From Syncephalis fuscata S228 (taxonomy: Eukaryota; Fungi; Zoopagomycota): a stretch of 64,000 nucleotides of DNA. Position 1 is the first letter of the stretch. Each line of letters begins with the position of its first letter. Shown in pieces: positions 54,434 through 64,000 of this stretch. The translations under genes were made by a program, and so were the position numbers. Under the pieces are notes generated by a model. It was not told where the DNA came from. It made no database searches and was given only the letters and a program-made list of their open reading frames with translations. The stretch is from positions 372,001-436,000 of the forward strand of contig JAHLTZ010000008.1 in NCBI GenBank assembly GCA_025786725.1, given 5' to 3'.

Positions 54434-57076
54434 ATGCATTTGTCACTTTCTAAGCTACTTTTTGTGCTGGCACTAGCAATCGAATTGAATTTGCCTATTA
54501 TAAGTAAGTTTTAAAACTTAAATATCATGTTTTGTCGTAATTACTAATATTTACTGAACACTAAACAATTTTGGTAAAAACAACGGCCTAATTCCTGCAG
54601 AAGCCACCCCGCTTGATCATGGCGATTCGGCTCAACCACCCGTCGTAGCAACAAACCCTGACACCGGTAACAAGGCTTCACCCGCCCAAAGTCGGTAATC
54701 TCACCCGAACCCGCCAAGCCAAGCCAAACTGCACCAGCAAAAATACACCTTCAAAACCAGGTCAGGTCAATTGGAAGTATCCTATTGTACGTCGAGATCA
54801 GTCTGTTGTCGAGACTATTCATGGCCATAAATTGCCGATCCATACCGATGGCTGGAAGATGCTAATAGCAATGAGACCAAGGTTAGATTTAGTCTAATTG
54901 GCTTTTAATAAAACTAACAAATAACTAGGCATTTGTCAAGGACCAGAACAAGCTGACAGACTCTTATTTAAGCCGAAATAGCCAGCGCAATGCTTATATA
55001 AGCGCGTAGGTAGCATTAAATGTATTAACAAAATAGCTACTAATTATTTATTGAATCGTTAGAGTTACTAAACTATCTAGCGGCAACTTGATACGCGCGC
55101 CAATGAAAGCTGGAAATTATTACTATACGATTTATCAATCTAATCCAGATAAGCAGAGTATTTTGTATAAGCAGAAGTCATTGGATGCTGAAAAGACGGT
55201 TTTCTTTGATCCAAACAAATGGGACAAGAATGATGTTATTTCTATCGATCGAACTTTGTTTTCTAGTTCCGGAAAATATTTTGGTTATATTATGAGAAGA
55301 ACTGACAACGACTGGGGCACCATACGCATACGTTGTGTTGAAGACGGCCCACATTGCAAGGCTGGCCAGGATGCAATTGATGAAGTCAAGTGGACCAAGT
55401 TCTTCACATTGCCTGGTCCCACGATGATCTCGGCTTTTTTTACACAGTAAGTTATAGCTATTATCCACATTGTTTTATTTATTTATTTACAATTGATTAG
55501 CGTTATCCAGAACCAAGTGGTGGCGACAAAGCTGCTAACACTGGGGCAAGCGGCAGAAAAAATTCTAAAGTTTACTACCATCGTCTTGGTACACAGCAGT
55601 CGAGCGATCAACTAATTGCTGAATATCCTGAAGCTCCTACATATACTATATTCCCTTTGACAAGCAATGATGGCCGCTGGCTAATAGTAAGAGTTACTGA
55701 TAATAAACGTAACGAAGATGTATGGATGGCTCGTATGGGTGAAGATGGAAGTGTACCAAAAAAAATTACATTCAACAAGATAGCAAATGATATGAACGGC
55801 TATCATAATTAGTAAGTAGCAATATACATATATTTAACTTAACTAAATCAATTTTATAGTATTACCAATATTGGAGATCGCCTTTATTTTTATACCGACA
55901 AAAATGCTCCTCGTTCTAAAGTTATTACATATGACATGGCAGCTCCAGAAAAGGGATTTGTCGATTTGATTCCTCAGCATGAAAAAGACGTTTTATATTG
56001 TGCATATCCTGTAGGAGGCGATTATCTTTTGCTTGAATTTATAAAAGATACAAAAAGTGCTTTATCGATCCATCAGCTTAGCACTGGCAAAAAAATCCGT
56101 GATATATCATTGCCTATGGGCACAACGAACGATATTTACACAAACTATAAACATACTGAAGTATTATTTTCAATAACTCTTTTTTGAGCCAAGCCACCAT
56201 TTACCGCTATGACGTTAAATCAGATACATTGTCTGTGATAAATGAATTGAAAATACCTGGATTTAATCCCAAGGAATTTGAAACACGCCAGGTATTCATT
56301 AAAAGCAAAGACAACGTAAAGTTTTCTATGTTTATTACAGCACGCAAAGGAATTTCACTCGACAAAAGTCACCCAACTATCTTATTTGGTGACGGCGGCT
56401 TCTCTTATTCACAAATGCCACAATTCACTACGCTATGGGGTGCTTTCCTCAAACATTTTAATGGCATTGTGGCTGTCGCGAATATACGTGGTGGTGGTGA
56501 ATACGGCACTGAGTGGCGTAAAGCTGGTATGTTACAAAAGAAGCAAAACACATTTGATGACTTCCAAAGTGCTGCCAAATATCTTTCTGAGCAAGGCTAC
56601 ACCAAACCGTCATTACTGACACTTCAAGGCGACGGTACCGGTGGCCTAGCAGTTACCGCTACTGCTAATCAGGCACCCGAATTGTTCGGATGCGGTCTAA
56701 CCAATAGTGGTCTTACGGATATGCTACGATTCCATAAGTTCCCCTATGGAAGTGCCTGGCTAACAAATTCGGCAATCCTGATGTTAAAAGTGAGTTTGAA
56801 TATTTATTACGGTATTCTCCATTACACAATGTCGATGCCAGCAAAACTTATCCAGCACTACTTTTAAGCACATCAGGTCAATTGGATCATATATCATCAT
56901 TCAATTCATATAAGTTAGCTGCTGAACTTCAATATAAACTACCAAAGAATCCCAACCCATTGATGCTTCGTGTTAACTATGACGCTAATGCACAATCATC
57001 AACGACCCAAATTAATCAAATTGTGGATAAGCTTTCATTTATGGCAATGTCTCTTAATCTAAAATGGCATGATTAA
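54434..57076 (+). CDS. Secreted prolyl oligopeptidase (S9A) homologue lacking its catalytic residues
   Basis: ADPYRWLED, KVYYHRLGT.Q, NIRGGGEYG.EW..AG...KQNTFDDF and DMLRFHKF motifs; hydrophobic N-terminus MHLSLSKLLFVLALA; nucleophile motif reads GDGTGG. Confidence 0.9.
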
Positions 57077-58317
57077 GTAAATAATTAAATGGTTATCAGA
57101 ATTGATAAACCATTAAATATAGCTTCTTATTATTTGATTAATAAAATGAAACTATTAAAACACAAATACAAATGTATCATATAAGATTGTACTAAAATTT
57201 ATTGTTTTTTAAATGTTATAGCATTCATTGTTACTATTTCGCATATTCAATAATTTGATGTTAAAGCTTGATTATATCGATTACCAAATTGGTGATCTAA
57301 ATTAATTACTAATGCTATTATCATATAATTTGCATCACATTAGCAATAATCATAATTAGCTTGCGAATGAACACCCGGTCCTGCCGACTTCAAGTAACAA
57401 TTTCAATTAATTGATGTTTTACCAACAGTCCAGGTCCTTTATAAGATAGTTTCTGATTGTTATCAACTATGCAACCTATTGTAAGCATATTATTTACTTT
57501 AATAAATAGAATAATACCCACACTAATTGCTAAAAGAAAAGAACACATCATAAATCTAAATTCTTTCAATTTATTGTTAAAGTTTATTGATTATAAAAGT
57601 ATTATCAAATACTAACAAGCTTTATTATAAGTAATTCGATTAGTGCAATGCTGATAATATGCATATCATTTTACTCCAAGTAGAATAGTAACAACATGCT
57701 ACCATATATCTTATTTAGCTTATTAATTAAATAAAATAAATCAACATTACAATTAGTTACATTTAATACAGCGATATTGACGTTGCTTATTTTAACAATA
57801 ATTTCAAGTTGTTTATTAACTATTTAATGTAAGTTAGCGTTACATGATGGATTCAATGACATCTAATCTATTGAACATGATGATGGGTGTTAAGTGACAT
57901 CAATCATCAAATACTGTCATCATAGATTTATTGTCCAATATGCATATATCATCACAATATGTGTTATTGCTATGTATACCCGTCCTTTTACTGATTAACA
58001 TTAAAATTATAACTAATTGCATGATCTAGTTTATTTATAAATAATTTTAATAGAATCCGCTATATTCATATTATTTGTTCTACCAATATAACTTAGTGAA
58101 CAAACTAAGTGCGATAAGTCAATTTATTAATAAAAAGTTGTAACTGTACCAATAAAAGTTATAGACAGCGTATATCCAATATATAATAAAATGATAAATA
58201 TTATAATGAATATGCAATATTGAACGAAATTAGCGATGTTCAAGCTACTGAGCATTATACATGATCAATAAGCTAAATTAGTCGACATTTGTTAATAATA
58301 AAGCTAAAGCAATAACG

Positions 58318-59288
58318 AATCTATGATAATGAGTATTTGATAATTAATGTCACTCACCATCCAATATCATGTTCAATAGATTGGGCGTTATTAGATGTTA
58401 GTCATTTGTCCCCCAAACAAACAATAAATGACTAATAAATTTAATTAAACTGCCTAATAATATTAAATAACACACAATATTTTATATGATGATGCAGTCT
58501 ATTTAACTCAATTAACAGTACTAAAGTTAAAAGCAAAATGGAATAATACATAGCATGTATATATTAATGCAACAACAACGAATGTGGAACGATATGGGAT
58601 TGATCATATGGCTTTTATTAACATTCAGTTAATCTTTCTACATGTGACCAACAATAGTCGGTCAAGTGTTCCAAAAAAATCAAATAGTTGTTACATTATT
58701 TATTTAAATCAATTTATTAACAACATTTTAGTTTGATTCCCACATTTGAAGTCCTCAAAACAAAATTCGTTCCAATCAAGTTATATTGTTATGCACAGCA
58801 TAGTTACATTACTTCCTATTAAAGCGTTGTTAATAAATTGATTCAAATAAATAATGCAACATACTATTTGATTTTGAAACATTTAAGACTGATCAGTGTT
58901 GTTGTTGGTTATGTGTAAAAAAATCGATTAAATATCGACATATACAATGAGTTACATTCACTGCAATTACAACTATGTTAGCTATTTTAAAAATGATATT
59001 AGTAATATTTAGTTAATTGCTCTATTTGATTGTGTTAGTGGTGTTGCACTAATATATACATACTATGTACCATTTCATTTTTAACTTTTACTTTTAACGC
59101 CTGTTAATTGAGCTAAATAAACTACATTATCATATAAAATATTTTGTGTTATTTAACATTATTAGGCAATTTAATTAAATTTATTAGCCATTTATTGTTT
59201 GTTTGGGGGACAAATGACTATTTTAATAATATTGAACATATTGAACATGGTACTAGGTGGTGAATAGCATTAGATATCAAATTATACT
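58318..59288. mobile_element. ~970-bp foldback (near-complete palindrome) MITE-like element
   Basis: agtcatttgtcccccaaacaaacaataaatg (58400) vs catttattgtttgtttgggggacaaatgact (59189). Inner arms ~58620-58730 / 58820-58930. Shares its outer motif with the 52978/57930 arms. Confidence 0.8.
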
Positions 59289-59819
59289 GGTTTGAATACT
59301 TTGCAACAACGACAATATGGATTAGAATTTACCTATTTATTATATTTTATTGTAAATAACATAGAATATTATTTAACATTTATTAACACTAATATCAAAT
59401 ATTGAAAATAGTGCGGACTGCCTCATTTTCACTTGAACTAACTGGAATTGATATAACACTATCTTAACAAATAACAATTCTCAGTATTAAAAATTGATTG
59501 ACGGTTTATTATTCAAATTATAAATCTTTTGTTTCCAATTTGAAGCTAAGGACACAAAGTAAAATGGCTTCTATAGTTTAATTATATAGTACTTTGTGTA
59601 TTCTTTTGTTTACTTATTCATTTATTTATTTATTTGTATGTTGTTTTAATAAAGTTGAATGTAGTAATAGTACCCTCGCTGTACTTTGTTACAATTCGTC
59701 AAAAATATTCGCATTGATAAAAAGAAAAATACGGATTAATCAATCATTTCATTAATAAACTGCGTTTAAAAGTCATTAAAACAATAGCGACGGTAATGAT
59801 TCATAAGCAAAAAAACGTA

Positions 59820-61012
59820 TCAAGCAGCTGGAGCGGCAGCTTGGGCTGGAGGTGGCACATCCAAAAGAGGATTCTTACGCTCACGACCATAGAGGCATTG
59901 GCGCTTACCAACAAACATACCGCCATACCAGCTATGATTTGTCCAGCCAAGCTTTGTGCATGGTATACCAGCACCGCAACGTGTATCGTCGGCCTTATCA
60001 CAACGTACAATAGTGCGTTCATGCGGCTTTGGCAAGTAAATAACTTGGCCGGTACTTGCATGACCAAACTCGCCATCGCTAGTGCGAATCCATGGAGCAA
60101 TATCGTCGGATGAAACAACACGTACGTAGCGATCGCGTCCAATGCGTTCGAGCGACCAGCTAGCCATTGTTTCGCTCATTGAGATTGGTTCGCCATAGGT
60201 AAATACGCCAATAAGATTGACATTTGCCATACTTGCACGCAAATGCAAACCAAATAGATGGGCAGCTACACCACCAAGTGAATGACCCGTCAACACAATA
60301 CCGTAGCCAGGGTTATTAGCACGAGCGGTTTCTAAATCTTTCATTGCTTCGGTAAATTGGGGGTAATGACGCTTTGTAAGCCCGAATAGATACGGCTATT
60401 GGCGGGTGATGCACCTAGACTAGCATCTGGATCAACCTTACGCGAATCAATATCGGCTAGCATATCGTTGATTGAGGCGGTGCCACGGAATGAAATGGTA
60501 ATAATGCGTTGTTTATCAGACTTTGCAATAAAATAGTTGTTCTCCTTTTTGTTATTCCAATTAAGAATGCGCATATCAGCAGTCAAAAGAGACGTTGAAT
60601 TGGGTCCAACAACAATGTCGGATAGACTGCGTGCATCTTGTTCATCGCAATAAGCAATGCCGGCATACATACCGTAACGATACATCATTTCCTCGGTGAA
60701 TGGATTTGGAGCAACGTCAGCCTTAGCTGATACTAGCATGGTTGGTGTCGACACAAGTTTCAAGTATTGCTCCTCCTGGGCATCTGGCGAAATCTCTGGT
60801 GGTGGCTTAGTGAATTTGTTAAGTGCGCTTTTCAACGTTGATGAGGCAATATTGATACCACAGCGTAGCTTATTGACTGCTCCAAGTAAATCAAATGGCG
60901 CAGGGATAGCAGTGGCTGAATCTGCTTGGAAAGATAACAACAAAGCGAATAAGATGGTGTATAGTGATAACGTTAGCGCGGCCAGCGAAAAGCGGTGATT
61001 AATACGGCTCAT
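59820..61012 (-). CDS. Secreted class-3 lipase (intronless, 1 indel near 60343)
   Basis: Signal peptide; YAGIAYC; ITISFRGTAS; LTGHSLGG; FTYGEP; RVVSSDDIAPW; NHSWY. Confidence 0.92.
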
Positions 61013-61594
61013 GGCTGATAATAATACAGCCTTAACACGGCTATCGCTATAGCTTCAATACTGGTATTCGTAATAGCAAGTAATAAAAACAGTAATACTT
61101 GTAGTGTTAAATTGTTTATCGTAGTATCAAGTTGGTTGGTTGGTATATGTGTTTGTTCAGGTATTTAAAATGTTGTAGTCTGACGGTAGGTGATATTTGG
61201 TTCAATGCGCAGACGCACTAAAATGCTAACAAAACACTTTGAAACAGCGCTCGCCAGCGTGCGCCGCACAAGAATCCGAAAAAGAGTAGATAGTATAGTG
61301 GTGTGGTGAGTTGAAGTGAGGAATAAGAGAAGGAAGAGAGAGAGAGAGAGCAGGTCAGTGTAAGGCGAAGACGAACGAGTAAAAGCAAAAAAAAGCAAAG
61401 ACGTAAACGAAAATGGTATTCAACTTATGATTGCCAAACTGGAGCATGGCAAATCCGTTTCTAAATAAATACCAACGCAGCTGTCATTGTTTAAAATACT
61501 GTTTTAGGACCGGCAAGGGGTAAGGTGTCCAAAACAAGAGACCTTCAGTCGGTAAACTTTTAATTACCGCTCTATTTGGGCACCACATGCTTTA

Positions 61595-63100
61595 TTAACA
61601 TAATAAGTGTAGACAGGTATCATGATCAACAGATAATAATAATAATAGAGTTAGATGCATGTAACAATATGAACTATGCCGTCTTAAGATGGTTGACGCT
61701 ATCGTACTGTTATTATTGGTGGTGGTAACAATAGAATTCGTAGAAACAGTAACAGATCCATCACAAATCGTAGTACGTATACGGGGTAATGAACAAAACG
61801 GGCCTACCCTTTGTTTCGTTTTATGGATATTGTCATACAAAGTAACTGTCACAGAATCAGATGCTGATGGTGGCAAATAAAGGTGGCCGCTCATGACAAG
61901 ACAAAGTTGCTCCTTGACTGTACCACATAAAGCATCTACTGCACCCCAGTTACCCGCACTCACTGTAAAGGTGAGTTGTTGTGCTGATGCAGTACAAGCT
62001 GTAACCTATAATGGCCCATAGCATTGTTAGTATTGACCCATTAAAAAAACAAGGGCTGTTTAGAAGCTGTTCATTTCTCCTACCGATACACTTGCTATAC
62101 GGCCATCCCAGTTAGTAGAACCGCTTCTTTGGCAAATCTCCACGAGCTGCTTGCGCCATTGTTGAACATCGGACTTGAAATCAACCCACAACTGGATATC
62201 TCCGCAAACACCGTTCAAAGCCCGAGCACGTGTTTCGTATGCTACACTTAACATTCTTTCAATAGGAATAATACGGCGACAGTCATTATCTTGTACAATC
62301 ACGATGTAATCCCATGCAATCTCTTCTACTCGGTTCGGTTACAATTAGCAATCGTTAGTTTTGGTCATTGTATACTGAACAATGGACATGCTATTACTTA
62401 CCAACAATGCCGCGAAACCATCGACGGTAAGTTCGTCGCCGATTGAAAATGGTTCGGCTACTGATAACTGGATGGCGTTCAATAATGATCGCATAAATGG
62501 TTGTAGCGTAACACCGGCAAATGCGCCCACAAGACTGACACTGGCATAAAGCCAGGCTCCAATCTGGTTGGCACCAGGCAATAACATGATAATGCCTATA
62601 GTACAGAAAATACCACATATCACTTCCCATGAGCGTTTTAATAGCATCAACGTCGTTTTAATCCGTTTCATTTCTTTTACAGGCTGTTGGTGGCCATTGG
62701 GTAGTCGTTGATGGCTACGTATATACTCTTCGACTACACCTTTACTCAAATTAGACAATAGCCAATATGCTGATATAATTAGGAATACACCGATAATACG
62801 GCGTAGAATCGTAAGTAGTTGTCGATCAATGTCTGGAAACACAAGCTGTAGTGTAATGTAAGCCGCAGTTAACGGTAGTAGTGGTAGCAATGGCCATTTA
62901 CTAAATACAACACAAGTATCAGCATAAAAGTCTAAATAAGCTGAATTTAGCCTAATCTACCTGTAAGCTACAATAACATCGTCCCATAGTGTTGTCGTTT
63001 GCTCAGCAATGAGCGTCAAGACTAGATAAATAATCAAATGTACAATAAGTGCGCCAATAATGGCAGCACACAGAATCGTTAAAGCAAGATACCACTGCAT
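61595..63100 (-). CDS. MscS-family mechanosensitive channel, bacterial-type
   Basis: TM helices, then AIQLSVAEPFSIGDELTVDG..G.VEEIAWDYIVI..D.RRIIP, then LWVDFK...NWDGRIASVSV..VSAGN. Three introns. Confidence 0.85.
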
Positions 63101-63542
63101 ATTAAAGACAATAAAATATAAAGAAAAGCGGTGTTATGATAATGCCCTGTTTTACCCTAGCTAGCCAAATAGCAAGTGACCATCATGTGATCATATACAG
63201 TGCGGGTGGTGTAGCTGCCATCGTGTTGGATTAATACCACATGCTTATCGTCTAATATGCTTGTATATACATATTATTCATACCATTTGTATCTTGATAT
63301 TTCAGTTCATGTACCATGCAATTGTATATCATATTTAATTACTTGTTTAAAGACGCAATACAAGAACTAGTATAGTCTTAATCATATAACATATTGTGTG
63401 TTATTTGACATTAGCATATCATTTGTTTATAAACAGTTTATTAACAATCCATTCATTTAGCGAGCTATATGTACCTAAATATATAAACAATAGAATGTGT
63501 TTAGTATAGCATATAATGATATATGGTAGTATGGAATAGAAA

Positions 63543-63790
63543 TGATATATGCATACTGGATAATAAATCTACAATAATGAGTATTTGATGATTGATGTCA
63601 CTCACCGCCCATCATCATGTTCAATAGATTGGATTTTATTTGATATTAGTCATTTAACTACCAAAACAAAGCAATAAATGTGATGATGTAATGATGTAAT
63701 GATTAAATAAAGCTCACCATTTGTTTCCATGTTCAATAGAACGAAAATGTAGTTCAACTACGCGAATGTTACAAAAATAGTCATTTGGCC
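63543..63790 (+). repeat. Further copies of the foldback terminal motif (one long at ~63543-63680, one partial at ~63712-63790)
   Basis: aatctacaataatgagtatttgatgattgatgtcactcacc..catgttcaatagatt..agtcattt matches 52980 and 58318. Confidence 0.85.
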
Positions 63791-64000
63791 TCCCCTCCCC
63801 CAAATCATGTTAAGTTGTTGATAAAATTTTTAATGGTATAATAGAAATAAATAACTAATAATTGATATTAGGGCAATTTTGAAGAATACATCGTTTTTGC
63901 TTTTAATTACAAAATACTCTTTTTTAATTTATTTTATTTTTTCATTTTTCTATTTTTTATAAAATAAATAAACCGCTTTTCAATTCATTTAGAAAAATAC

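Larger units (their letters stand above)
52978..57930. mobile_element. Putative non-autonomous foldback element with ~340-bp inverted arms (52978-53320 / 57593-57930) enclosing a gene
   Basis: The arms are reverse complements over their length, e.g. cttacattaaatagttaataaacaacttgaaattattgttaaaat vs its reverse complement at ~57790-57833. No transposase or clear TSD seen. Confidence 0.65.

Overview
Eukaryotic, AT-rich, intron-dense fungal DNA with short (~50-70 nt) introns and poly-Q tracts. Gene content and style suggest an early-diverging fungus such as the mycoparasite Syncephalis (Zoopagomycota); this is inference. About 22 protein genes are supported: a multi-PHD protein, C1-THF synthase, a possible small secreted peptide, a membrane RING-H2 protein, two F-box genes, an RBR E3 ligase, an ankyrin protein, an aspartic protease, two near-identical DUF4272-like genes, an MDR oxidoreductase, proteasome beta-4, RRP9, a small membrane protein, a five-repeat actinoporin/aegerolysin-like protein, TTLL12, a PHO80-like cyclin, VRG4, a tomosyn-type R-SNARE protein, a secreted catalytically dead prolyl oligopeptidase, a secreted class-3 lipase and a bacterial-type MscS. 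Many genes, including conserved housekeeping ones, carry single-base frameshifts that are most likely consensus errors. The most striking region is 52.9-64 kb, where a family of foldback/long inverted repeats occurs. One pair of ~340-bp arms encloses the secreted pseudo-peptidase, like a cargo-carrying non-autonomous transposon. Exon boundaries and repeat limits were read by eye and are approximate.
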